Shown here piece by piece: positions 10,954 through 23,400 of a stretch of DNA of 64,000 nucleotides. How positions within the stretch are numbered: the stretch's first letter is position 1; each line of letters begins with the position of its first letter. Origin of the DNA: an uncultured Planctomycetota bacterium (GTDB lineage Bacteria; Planctomycetota; Planctomycetia; Isosphaerales; Isosphaeraceae); assembly GCA_963823665.1 (NCBI GenBank), contig CAWGMQ010000004.1:1856001-1920000 (forward strand), written 5' to 3'. The notes under the pieces were generated by a model. The model worked only from the letters and a program-made list of their open reading frames with translations, made no database searches and had not been told where the DNA came from. Both the position numbers and the translations under genes were made by a program.

Positions 10954-11346
10954 CGCATCACCATGACCCTCTCCGTCGCCCGAGCGTCCAGAAACCCCGC
11001 CCGCGTTCGACCACGTAGTTAAAGAACGAGAGATAAATATGTGCGGGCAGACCGTCGTCTTGGTCACCCCGGTGGCTCGCGCCGTTTTGCCGCCGGCCCA
11101 GCCCTGGACAATTCAAAAGCGCGAGTCGCGTCCGCGTGCTCATTCGCTGTTCTTCTGTTCTCTAGTCTTGGTACGAAATGGTACCCAGTGGTACGAAAAA
11201 CAAAAAACGCCTCGCGCGCTTGCCATCCCCGGCCCGCGCCCCGAGGCTATCCCCGATACGCAATCGCCGGTCGACGGAACCGCACGACCCGCGGCCTGGT
11301 TCAAACGTAGCAAGGCCACGATCACGCCCGCGGTGGTTCGCCACAC

Positions 11347-11367
11347 GTAGGGTGGGTGCAACCCACC
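11347..11367 (+). repeat. GTAG-type REP element GTAGGGTGGGTGCAACCCACC
   Basis: GTAG followed by the hairpin GGTGGGT-GCA-ACCCACC. Confidence 0.65.
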
Positions 11368-11705
11368 GGCCGTACCAAAGAACCGGCATGGACCAGCCAT
11401 TGCAGCCCGCCACGACAGGGAATCGATGGACACTCCGTCGCCCCAGCACGAACAACCGTACTGGTGAACGCAAAATGCCCATTTTATCCCGTCAATTATA
11501 TATGGGACATGAATCTCCGGACTGCAAGAAAACTCCATTTTTTGGGACGATAATCCCGCATTAGATCCGGCCCAATCCTCGCGATCGCGTCAACCGTCAA
11601 ACCCGCCCGCAGAATCGCGCACGCGTCGCGCAGGCTGACCGTCCGCTTCAGCGCCGCCCTATTCATCTCGGCGGCCACGACAAAGCGCTGATGCATTGTT
11701 AAGAT

Positions 11706-11720
11706 CATGATTTAATCATG
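11706..11720. promoter_or_regulatory. 7-1-7 palindrome CATGATT-T-AATCATG in an AT-rich patch; candidate transcription-factor site
   Basis: Perfect dyad inside the AT-rich stretch 11695-11745, about 330 bp upstream of the PEP-CTERM gene. Confidence 0.35.
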
Positions 11721-12052
11721 TATTGTTATCTACATTCTTCTAGTTTTGCCGTCTATTCCGCGACCGGAGGCCGTCATCTCAAGCCGACGGAACCGGCCGG
11801 GCCCAAGAAAGAAACAGCGACAGCGCCAGTTTCAGTTTGGCGCTGCCTGGCTGTTGCAGAGCTTCAACCGAATACCGCAAGCGCCATCATGCCCGATCGC
11901 TTCCTGAGCAAACGATCGCTTCCTAACGAAACCGTGTGGATTCTTGGCGACACAACACCGGTTCGATCCCTTTCCATCATTGCAGTCGAATTACGAACGC
12001 ATTATCGTGAGTTTGGAGGCTCGTTATTCACCAACCGACGGAGGACCCATCG

Positions 12053-12700
12053 ATGACGAAGGCCGGTCGATCGACATTTGTCGTTGCGATTTCGATAATC
12101 CTACCGCTGTCATTCCCGCACTCGACCCGCGCACAACAACTGGTCGCTTACGGTACCTGGAATGGTTACGCGACCTACACGGAAACGGATTACGACCCGT
12201 ACGGCAACGTGATCAACCAATTTTCCCAGGACGGGAGTTCGCAGTTGGACCTGGATATCTATGCTACTACTGACCCTGACTACGCACCTTTTTACGCCAC
12301 CGTCACCGGGCCCCCCGGGTTCCTGAGCAACCTCGGGTACCTACAGCCCGTGCTCTATGGCGTATCATTCGGCCCCACGAGCGCATCCGGGTCTGGGTTC
12401 ACCGGCGCGCTTTTCGGCGTTCTGGGCGACTTCGATGTGAGTTACCTGGGTATCCTCCCGGATGGCCAGATCAATACTACGGGAGGTTTCGCGGTTGCGG
12501 ACATTTCGGGTCTCACATATCCTCCGGCTGGGCCCGCCGCCTACATCTCATTTTTCGCGTCGTTCCAGAGCGTACCAGAGCCAACAGCCATCGTCCCGAT
12601 GGCCATCGGCGCCATCGTGGTAGCTACCGCGGTCGCCATTCGCCGGCGTCGCGCTCGCAAGCCCCTTGCACGGGCAAGAGCGGCGGGCGGGCTGGAATAG
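12053..12700 (+). CDS. PEP-CTERM sorting-domain exported protein
   Basis: N-terminal signal peptide (...STRA-QQ); C-terminal VPEP + hydrophobic helix + RRRRARK. Confidence 0.88.
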   Translation: MTKAGRSTFVVAISIILPLSFPHSTRAQQLVAYGTWNGYATYTETDYDPYGNVINQFSQDGSSQLDLDIYATTDPDYAPFYATVTGPPGFLSNLGYLQPVLYGVSFGPTSASGSGFTGALFGVLGDFDVSYLGILPDGQINTTGGFAVADISGLTYPPAGPAAYISFFASFQSVPEPTAIVPMAIGAIVVATAVAIRRRRARKPLARARAAGGLE

Positions 12701-12828
12701 GCACAGTCGTCTGAACGGGGCGTTCTTCCATCCCGCCGGCTTGGTTGATGGCACACGCGACGCTTGGGTCTCGCCAGACGGTAGCGGCCGATCCGTGTCG
12801 CGGGGTGCGGTCGTTCGCGGTGCGTGCT

Positions 12829-13428
12829 CTAGGCTCCCTCGACGTAGTACGTTCCCGTCGAGCTCGGCGGGATATTGACCGTGTTATTGCTGCCGGCTTC
12901 GATGATCTGGCCCGAGCCGAGAGCATTCTCGTTGAAGACATTCGCGCCCGAACCGCCGACGAGCCAATCAACTCCGCTCCCGGCGTCGAACGTGTTCGTG
13001 CCCGAACCGCCGAAAAAGTCGTCATTACCGGTGGTGCTGACGAAGAGATTCGGGCCAGAGCCACCCCACGCCACAGTGTGGAGGCCGGTTTCGTTTTCAA
13101 ATGTCTGGGCGCCCGAAACGCCGCTGCCCTCGTAATAGACAAACCCAACCGCGCTAATGCCGAAATAATTGTTAGCGCCGTTTAGGTTCACATCGAGTTT
13201 CATCGTCCCGTTAACGTTCTGGTACGACACAATGGCAACGTTGGCCCCGGTTGACGAGGGCGTGACCGTGACGAGTCCGCCCGTCAGGACAACGCTGCCC
13301 CCCGTCAACAGATTGCGGCACTCGAGTCGGTCGAACGCGACATCGAATCGTCGCGGCCGCGCCCTCTGCCTCCTCACAGGTTCTGCCAGTTCTGCACCTT
13401 GGATTTTCCTACCCAGAAATCGACGCAT
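12829..13428 (-). CDS. Small secreted protein with planctomycete LExR signal and RTX-like Gly-rich nonapeptides
   Basis: Arg-rich N-terminus then FDRLECRNLLT; GGSGPNLF, GNDDFFGGSGTNTF, GVDWLVGGSGANVF. Confidence 0.75.
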   Translation of the reverse strand: MRRFLGRKIQGAELAEPVRRQRARPRRFDVAFDRLECRNLLTGGSVVLTGGLVTVTPSSTGANVAIVSYQNVNGTMKLDVNLNGANNYFGISAVGFVYYEGSGVSGAQTFENETGLHTVAWGGSGPNLFVSTTGNDDFFGGSGTNTFDAGSGVDWLVGGSGANVFNENALGSGQIIEAGSNNTVNIPPSSTGTYYVEGA

Positions 13429-13939
13429 CGCAGAAATCTCCCGAGATTGGATGAGAGTGGAAGCGATCAACTGACGCTGGCGCTCGCCAACAGCGCGGCA
13501 ACCGCATGCCTCGAGCGGCACGCCATCGTGGCAACCCTAGAACACGCCCGAGGTCCAGCCCATTTTTTTGGGCTGGCGCTCCTTGACTCGATGTCGCGGG
13601 AAGGTCAGATTTCCGCCTCGTCGGCATAGGGGTCTCCCAGGGTCAGACCCGGTCCTCAAACAAGCGTTAGAAAAGAACGAATGCATTCTTAACAATATAT
13701 TAATTCTATGACGCAGGATCGTCGCCACGGGTCAACCGTTCCCCGTTTCCACTTCACAACTCTTCCGTTGCATCGGCTCGGCGCCTCTCTTTTGTTCGAT
13801 GGCCAATTCGGATCGGGGCATCCGCACCCCAACTTCAGGTCAACAACCCTGATACAGCCAAGCGACCTGCAGCCGCTCTACGAGCCGCAGGAACGTCGTC
13901 CGCCAGGGATTCCAGGACAGTGCCTCGGCGCCGTGATCG

Positions 13940-14038
13940 TACGAGGGTGCCATCAACGTCGAGGATCGCCTCGGTGAGAAGGGTCGAGGGCTGCTCTGCC
14001 CAGACCCGCAGTCGCGATTGGTTAATTGCGTCCATCAC
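13940..14038 (-). mobile_element. IS1380-family transposase remnant (~33 codons)
   Basis: MDAINQSRLRVWAEQPSTLLTEAILDVDGTLV resembles the segment leading into the first catalytic DxDxT motif of IS1380 (DDE_Tnp_1_4) transposases; recognised from memory, no flanking ORF. Confidence 0.6.
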
Positions 14039-14089
14039 ACCCCTGCGTGAGCCCCTCCTCGCTCATCGCTGCGCTTCTGATCAGCGCGA

Positions 14090-14217
14090 TCTCACGCAAA
14101 GGCACCAAGCCGCAAAGGCCAATTCAGAGAATGCAGCGATCTCGCTCACAACCCCCAGCCATCAATTCCCAGGTCGCCACACCGTCGGCATTCTCTTCTT
14201 TGCGCCGTTGCGTGAGA
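14090..14217. repeat. Inverted repeat pair TCTCACGCAAAGGC ... GCCGTTGCGTGAGA
   Basis: 14-bp arms with one mismatch, plus extra CGCAAAG/CTTTGCG units; intergenic, upstream of the giant surface protein. Confidence 0.55.
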
Positions 14218-14455
14218 ACCCTCTTTCCTCTTTTCACGCCCCTCACGCTCCATGACGGCGCCCGCGCCGCTCGCTCGTGTTTTTCCACGCGCCAGGTGGT
14301 CGGCGGATTAACCGGAACGGTAGAACGTTGCACGCGGCTTTTCGCAGGATTAAGCTGATCGCCGATATCGGATTCACGCTCCCGGATCGGGTCCCTCCGG
14401 GAAAGAACGGTTCATCCAAGGCTCGCAGAACAGCCCCGACAACGGAGATGACGCT

Positions 14456-17400
14456 ATGTCCGCACGCCGCCGCGGCCGGTCGTCTAATTCCTTTTTCCAG
14501 AAGCAACTGCACGAGGCGTTCCGACGCCGCTCACGTCGCCGGCGGCGACGCCTGCCCCTGGCGCTCGAAGGGCTCGAGTGCCGGATCGCTCCGGCGGTTT
14601 TCGTTGTCACCAACATCAATGACACCGGCACCGGCTCCTTCCGCCAGGCGATCCTCAACTCGAATGCCAGCAACGTCGCCAACGTCATCCAGTTCGACAT
14701 TGCGGGCTCGGGCGTCGAGACCATCTCGCTCCACTCGGCATTGCCGGCCCTCGCCCAGGCAGTCACGATCCAGGGCAACTCGCAGCCCGGTTTCAACAAT
14801 TCCCCGCTGATCTGCTTGGACGGAACCAGTGCCGGCAGCGGTTCCGGCGGCCTCGATATCACCGCCGCCAACTGCACGGTAGAGTGGCTCATCGTCCAGC
14901 ATTTCTCCGGCGACGGCATCACGATCACCAGTGCGAACAACATGCTCGCCCACGATGTCGTCTCCGGCAACCAGGGCAACGGCATCACGATCACCAGCAC
15001 CAGTGCCAATTCCAACACCGTCGAGGCGAGCCTGATCGGCACCAACGTCGCCGGCACTGCGGCCCTAGCCAACCAGCAAGACGGCATCGATGTCGAGAAC
15101 GGCTCGCACAACCTGATCGGCACCAACACGATCTCGACCTCCTGGACCCTCGGCAACGTGATCTCCGGCAACGCCGGCGACGGCGTAGCCTTGGGCGGCA
15201 CGTCGGCAAGCTCCAATCAGGTAAGCGGCAATCGCATCGGCACCAATGCCGCCGGCGCCGCGGCCATCGCCAACGGCACGACCCAGGATTCCAGCGGCGA
15301 CTATGGCTCCGGCGTCAGCGTGACCGACGCCGTGAATACCTTCATCGGCGCCGACCTGGGTGCCGGCTCGAATAACATCATTTCCGGCAACAAGGGGTCG
15401 GGCATCGACATCACCGGCAAGGCAACCGGCACCATCGTCGGCGGCAACTACATCGGCACCGACTACACCGCCGCAGCGGCGCTGGCCAACGGCGATGCCG
15501 GCGTCACCATCGACGGCGCCACCGGCAACTCGATCGGCGGCGCCAAGGCGCTCGGCCTGGCCAACATTATCTCGGGCAACACCGGCGCCGGCATCGATCT
15601 CGAGAACGCGGCCAATAGCAACACGATTCAGGGCAACTTCATCGGCACCAATCCCACCGGAACCGCCGGCGTCGGCAACGGCGCCGACGGCATCAGCATC
15701 GAGGATAGCAGCTCCAACCAGATCGGCGGCGCCGGCTTCGCTGCCTTCGGAAACTTGATCTCCGCCAACCAGCAGAGCGGCATCGGCATCGAGAACAACT
15801 CGAGCAGTAACATCGTGCAGGGCAACTATATCGGAACCGACTTTACCGGCGCCAGGGCGATCGGGAACTGGGAGGATGGCGTCGGCATCAACGGGGATAG
15901 CAGCAATGGCACGGTCGGCTTCGAGCCCACCGATCAGCCCAAGGCCAATCTCATTGGCGGCGCCGGGACGAACATCCTCGGCCTGAGTGCTCCGACGCTG
16001 GGAACCGTCTCAGCCCTGGGCAACCTGATTTCCGGCAATTTCCGGGAAGGCGTCAGCATCCAGGACGCGGTCGGCAACTACGTCTACGGTAACGATATCG
16101 GTACCGACGTCACCGGCACGCGTGCTCTCGGCAACGGCTCCGATGGCGTCAATGTCGGCGCGATTTCGTCGGCAAATGTGATCGGCGCCAGCCGCAGCGG
16201 AGGCTTTGGCAACCTCATCTCTGCCAATCTCGGCAACGGCATTGCCATCGAGTCAGGCGCCACCCAGACCGTCGTGCAGGGGAACTTCATCGGCACGAGT
16301 GGTGCCGGCAACGCCGCGCTCGGCAACGGCACGCTGCAAAACCCCCTGACCGGCGACTATGGCAATGGCATCGGCATCGACGGCGCTTCCAACAACGTGA
16401 TCGGCGGCACCAGCCTGGACGTCGGCAACCTGATCTCCGGCAATGCCGGCAACGGCATCGGCATCGGACGCAATCCGATGGAGATGATCGCCGGCGTCCC
16501 CCAGTTCGGCCCAGCGGTCAATGACACCGTCATCGGCAACTATATCGGCACCGACTCAAGCGGCACCACGGCCATCGGCAACGGCTGGCAGCTCACCTTT
16601 GATGCCACAGGCCTGGGAAAATTTGGCGACGGTATCGCCATTGAAGGGGCGTTCAACATCACCATCGGCGGCAGCAGCAATGCCGGGCTCGGCAACTTGA
16701 TCTCCGGCAATGTCGGCAACGGTATTGGCATCGGTGCCGACCAGGGTGTCGCCGGCTTTCGGCTCGGCTGGGGCGTCCCTTCCGCCAGTGATTTCGTCTG
16801 GGGCAATCGCATCGGCACCACGGCCGACGGCAGCGGGCCCCTCGGCAACGGCTGGACGCAGGATCCCCAGGGCGGTTTTGGCAACGGCATCGCCATCGAG
16901 TACGGCGCTTCCAACATCCAGATCGGCGGACCCTTGGGAACAGGCCTCGGGAACCTGATTTCCGGCAACGCCGCCGACGGGGTCAGCATCGAAAAGAACG
17001 CGCTCTTCAACCGAGTGCAGGGCAACTTCATCGGCACCGACGCCTTTGGTGACTACGAGATCGGCAACGGAGCCGCCAATCCGGCGAATCCCGGCAATGG
17101 CGTCGGCATCAATGGCACCACGAGCAATCTGATCGGCGGCACCAGTGCCCAGGGCCTCGGCAACTTGATCTCCGGCAACGCCGGCGACGGCGTCGCCATC
17201 GAAAACGGCGGGCAGACCAATCAAGTGTTTGGCAACTTGATAGGCACGGATGTGACGGGCGAGTTTCCGGTCGCCAACGGCTGGCAGGTGAATTCGCAGG
17301 GCAACTTCGGCAACGGCGTCGGCATCAACGGCTCGAACAACAATCTGATCGGCGGCGACAGCACCCTGGGCCTCGGCAACGTGATCTCGGGTAACGCCGG

Positions 17401-20400
17401 CAACGGCGTCGGCATCGAAAACGGCTCCCAGACCAACTTCGTTCTGGGCAATTTTATCGGCACCGACGCGCTCGGCACCGGCTCCCTGGGCAACGGCGCG
17501 CCCGCCAATTCCCAGGGCGAGCATGGCAGCGGCGTCGAGATCAATGCCTCGAACAACAATACAATCGGCGACGGCCGCGGACTCATACCGGGTCCGACCG
17601 TCTGGCTCCTGCCCAGCATGGGCAACCTCATTTCCGCGAATAATGGCGACGGCGTGATCATCACCAACCAGGCCAACGAGAACGTTGTGCTGGGCAACTA
17701 CATCGGCACCGATATCTCCGGAGCAGCGGCCCTTGGCAACGACGAGAACGGGGTCCACACCAACCTTACCTCCAACAACAACACGATTGGCGGGAACCTG
17801 ATTTCGGGTAACCAAAGCAGTGGAGTTCTGATTCAAAACAAAGGCCTGGCGAACCAGATCGTGGCCAACCGGATCGGCTTCACCAATTCGACGGTGGCGC
17901 GGATAAAGCTCATCAACGGCGAATGGGGCGTGTGGGTCTCGAACGCTGACACCACCGTGATCGGAATGAACCTGGCCGAAATGAACAGGCTCGAGTTCGG
18001 GCTCGGCAACGTCATCTCCAGCAATGGCTTGGGGCCAGTCTGGGTGGATCCGAGCGACGAAGTTACCATCCTCGGCAACTCGATCGGGTCCAATGGCCCC
18101 GATGGGCAAGAGCCGGGGATCTTACTGACCGACGGATCGAACAACGACCAGCAGGCGCCCGATCTGACGTCGGTCGTCCTCCACGGGGTCAACCAGGTCA
18201 CGATCCAGGGGACTCTGGTCGGCACGCCAAGCACGATCTACCTGTTGCAGTTCTTCTCCAACCCGAGCAACGATCCGGAAGGACAGACTTTCATCGGTCA
18301 GGAAACGGTTGAGACAAATTCCAGTGGAAATGCCAGTTTCTCACCCTCGTTTGCTCCAGGACCACTCGACCAGACCGGTTACACCGCCACGGCGACCGAT
18401 TCCCTCGGGAACACCTCGGAGTTCTCGGCGCCCCAGCCGCTCTTGGTGGCGGTGGGATTCAAATCGACCGTAGCGCCGAATCCGCTCTATGCCGGCGAAT
18501 CGGCAACGCTGACCGTGACCGTCAGTAGCGCGGTTCCGGGGAACTGGCCGGCTCCGACAGGGACGGTCTCCTTCTACAATGGCACCACGCAGATCGGCAG
18601 CTCATCGGTAAGCAACGGCCAGGCCACTCTCGATGTGCCCGGACAACCGGCAGGGGGTCTTGGCATCACGATCCAGTACAGCGGCGACGACGTGTTCGCG
18701 CCGGCGACTGGATCGGCTGGCGTCGCTTGGAACCATATCCCGACGACACTCACGTTGTCCCCTCTCGAAGGTGTGGCCACGCCTGACAACGAAGACGACA
18801 TTGAGTTGACCGCAACTGTTACCGCGAGCGTGTCGGGGGATACGGAACCGACGGGAACCGTTGGTTTCGCCATGTATGCCTATGAGTACTGGCAAAACCA
18901 CTCGAATATCTGGGAACCAATTTGGTGGGGAACGACGACGCTATCGGGAAATGAGGCACAGATATCGGCGGATCTCACCTCACCCGACGACATTTTCACC
19001 CAAGGGTACGGTTATCTCGGCCCCTTCGTAGCCGAGGCGTTTTACGTCGGCGATGCTAACTATTCTGGGAGTTCCGACTCGGGTTTTGACGTTCCTCCGC
19101 CCCCTCCCCCGCCTCCGCCCCCGCCGCCCACCCCGCAAAACACCGGCATCAGCGTGACGAGCTCCTCGAACACCGCCCCTTACGGCCAGTCCGTCACCCT
19201 CACCGCGACGATGAACTACTCCGGCTACGTGCCCTTCGGCACGGTCACCTTCTACGACGGCTCGACCCCGATCGGAACGGCGGGCCTGAACTATGCGTCA
19301 GGCTACGACCAGGCCAGCTTCACGATTTCAAACCTTGCGGTCGGCAGTCACGACATCACCGCCGGGTACGGTGGCGATCCCGTCTGCAATCCGTCCACCT
19401 CCGACCCGATCACCCAGACGATCACCCTGGATGACGCAGTAGTCTCCATCACCGACGACGAGAGCCCGATCCAGGTTAACGACACTGTGACCTTCACCGC
19501 CACGATTGACAGCGCCCCCGGCAGTCCGCCGCCGACCGGGATCGTGTCCTTCTACGCGAGCGGGAAGCTCGCTGGCGCTTCCTATGTGGAACCAATCGGG
19601 GGCGGGGCCACGGCTTCGGTCACGATTTACGGGATCACCGGCGACGTCACCGATATCACCGCGGTTTATAGCGGCGACGATATATACAGCACGGGTACCG
19701 GCGATCTCCCAATTGACGTCGAACAGCTCACCCCAGAACTGACGATGACCTCCGATTTTGATCCCTCGGTGGCTGGGGAGTCGCTCTCGTTTCTGGTCAG
19801 CATGACCGGACCGGATGCTGGCGATCCAACGCCGACCGGTTCCGTCGATCTTTACGCCAACGGCCAGTTTATCGGCTCGGCGCCGCTCATCCCGACGAGC
19901 GCGAATGCAATGGCGAGCGTGCTGGTTCCAAGTCTGCCGGCCGGCTCGTACCTGATCACCGCCAGTTACAGCGGCGACTATAACTATGTTCCGGATACCG
20001 ACGACAGCGGGCCCTTGGTCCAGACGGTGCAGAATCTCGGCCTCGCGGATTCGACGACCGCCCTCACGATCACACCCAACCCGTCGTGGGCCGGAGAAAC
20101 CCTCGCGCTCACCGCGAACGTGACCGGTGCGGCGGCACTCCCCACGGGCACCGTCACCTTCTACGACGGTAGCACGACGCTCGGTTCCGCAACGCTCTCA
20201 AACGCGAGCGGCGTCGCCCAGGCAACGCTCGACACATCTGCATTCTTGCCCGGTGCCCACGTGATCACAGCCGTTTTTAACGGCAACACCGTCTACAACA
20301 CGAGCACGAGCACCGCCACCCAGACCATCACCGCGGCACACACTTCCCTCGCGCTATCATTGGCGTCCAACCCGTCCCCGGTCGGCCAGCCGATTACGAT

Positions 20401-23400
20401 CACCGCCAGCTTCGCGTCAACGATGCCGTCGGGCGGCCCGGCACCAAGCGGCACCTTCACCCTCTTGAACGGCAGCAACCAGGTTTCCTCGGTCGCGGCA
20501 TCGACTCTTTCAAACGGAAAGGTCACGTTCACCATCAACTACCTGTCCCCCGGCTCATACACGTTCACCGTCAACTACAGCGGAGACAGCAACTACCTGG
20601 CCGCATCGCAAACGATAGCGCAAACGGTGATCAAGGGTAATACGAACGTAACTCTTACGTCGTCAGGCAATCCGTTCCCTTCCGGCAAATCCCTCACGCT
20701 GACGGCGATCCTTACCTCGAGTTACCCCATTGCCCCGATGCCGGGCGGAACCGTCACCTTCTACGACGGCGGCACCTCGATCGGCACCGGCACTCTGCAG
20801 TAATAGCGCCGGCCAGGACGAGGCCTACCTGATTCTCTCAAGCCTCGCTGTCGGCGCTCACACGATCACCGCCTCCTATGCCGGCGACACAAACTATAAC
20901 TCGGCCGCCTCCGGGACGTTCTCCCAAACAATCCTCAATGGTGCGACCAACCTGTCCGTAACTTCGTCGCTGAACCCATCCGCTTACGGGCAAACCGTAA
21001 CCTTTAATGCGACCGTCAGCGCCGTGAACAACAGTGCGATTCCCACCGGTTCGGTCACCTTCTACGAGGGGTCCTATTCTCTCGGCAGCGTCGCGCTCAC
21101 CGGCACCCAAGGGCAGGCCCACGCAACTCTGTCGATCTCGACTCTGGCGGTCGGCAGCTACTCGATCACGGCCACTTATCCGGGTGACACTAACTACGAC
21201 GGTTCCAACTCGCCGACCCTGACCCAAACCGTCAATCTGGCGACCACAACCGTGGCGCTGTCGGCCACGCCCAATCCTGCGGTGCTTGAGAACACCGTCA
21301 CATTCACCGCTACCGTTACCGGAGCATCCGGCAGCGGCACACCGAGTGGGGAGGTCGCCTTCTACGACGGCAGCAATCTCCTTGGCGACGGTTATCTGAC
21401 CGGGTCCGCCTCCAGCGACCAGGCGACCTGGTCCGCCGGTGCGCTGACGGTGGGCAGCCATGCGATTCAGGCGGTTTACCTGGGCGACAGCACACACGGC
21501 ACCTCAAGCGCCAGCCTCACCGAAAGCATCGTCCAGGCGACGCCGGCCGTCACTCTGACATCTTCGTCTTCGAGCGCGGCCTTCGGCCAATCGGTGACCC
21601 TGACCGCCGCCGTCGTCCCACCCTCGATGTACGATCCCAACCCGACCGGCACCGTGGTGTTCTTCAACGGCACGACGTCGATCGGTTCCGTGACGCTGAG
21701 CGCCACGAGCGAAGACGTGACCTTGAGCGTTTCCACCCTCTCGGTGGGAACCCACCAGCTCACCGCAACGTACGAGGGCGATGGCAACTTCAATTCCGTC
21801 ACGACGTCCCCCTTGACGGAAACGATCACCAAGGCCAGCGCCAGCACGAGCATCGCTTCGTCCCTCAATCCGGCTTCCTTTGGGCAGCCGATCACCCTCA
21901 CCGCCACTGTCAGTGGCGTCTCCGGCGCCACCGCACCAACCGGCACCATAACCTTCAGCGACGCGGCCGGCACGCTGGGCACCGCATCGCTCAGCGGCAA
22001 CGCCACCAGCGATCAGGCGACGCTCGTCCTGACCAACCCCGCCGTCGGCAGCTATGCCATCACCGCCACCTACGCCGGCGACACCAACTACAGTGGCTCG
22101 TCTTCATCCGCCCTCAGCCAATCCGTGCATCAGGCAAACGCCAATGTTTCGATCACGTCGTCCGTTAATCCTTCGGTTGCCGGGCAGTCGGTCACCTTCA
22201 CCGTCACGGTCACCTCCTCGACAGGGGTCGGCACGCCGACGGGTACGATCACGCTCTACAACGGCCTCATGACCCAGCTCGGTCAGGCGACACTCTCGAG
22301 CGGACAGGCAACGTTCCACATTTCGACGCTCCCGGTCGGCACAAACAACATCACACCCTCCTACAGCGGCGATTCCAACTTCTACTCAAGCAGCACCTCG
22401 ATCCAGCAAACTGTCAATAAGGCCACGCCGAGCGTCGCGCTCAGCACCTCGGCCAGCTCCGCGGCGTTCGGACAGAGCGTGACCTTCACGGCCACCATCA
22501 CGCCGACCAGTCCGGAGCCGACCGGCACCGTCAACTTCATGAACGGCACCACCCAGCTCGGCTCGGTTTCCTTGAGCGGCACCAATCAGGTCACCTTCAC
22601 GACCAGCACCCTGACGCCCGGCACCTATACCATCACCGCCCAGTACCAGGGCGACACCAACTACACCGCCGCCACTTCGGCTTCGGTGACCGAGACGATC
22701 AGCTTTGGGAACACGAGCACCGTGTTGACCTCGTCGCAGAATCCGTCGACCATCAATTCTTCGGTAACGCTGACGGCCACGGTGACCCAGGCCGCCGGCA
22801 GCACCTTCCCCACGGGCACCGTGACCTTCTTTAGCGGCTCGAGCGCGATCGGCACCGCCACCCTCTCCTCCGAATATGGGACCGATCAGGCGAGCATCTC
22901 GGTATCGAACCTGCCGGCCGGCACGTCGAGCCTGACTGCCCAGTTTGGCGGCAACGCCGACTATAATGGTTCGACCTCGGCGACACTGACTCAGACGGTG
23001 AACAAGATCGCGTCGGCCGCCTCCCTCAGCGCCTCGCCCAACCCGGCGACGGCAGGCGCCTCGGTGACGCTGACGGCAACCGTCACGCCCGCATCCGGCA
23101 TCGGGACGGCGCCGACCGGCACGGTGACGTTCCTGAATAACGGCGTCTCGATCGGTACCGGCACGCTGAACATTTACGAGCAAGCATCTCTGACAGTAGC
23201 AGCCGGCTTCACGCCGGGCACCTTTAGCCTCACGGTGCAGTATGGTGGCGACGGCACCTACAACAGCACCACTTCCACGGTTGTCACCGAGACCGTCAAC
23301 AAGGCAACCCCAAGCGTCAGCGTGGCATCGTCGGCCAATCCGTCCAACTCCGGCCAGTCGGTCACCTTCACCGCAACCGTCACGCCGCCGTCGGGGAACA

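Noticed and set aside
13835..14038. Intact IS element
   Set aside because: Only about 33 codons resemble a transposase; no convincing terminal inverted repeats or target duplication
16556..18109. 517-aa minus-strand ORF (also 5440-6900 and others inside the adhesin)
   Set aside because: Shadow frames of plus-strand genes
20730..20803. Separate start for a 1452-aa Ig protein
   Set aside because: The break falls mid-domain and removing one base fuses the frames; the apparent N-terminus is an out-of-frame read
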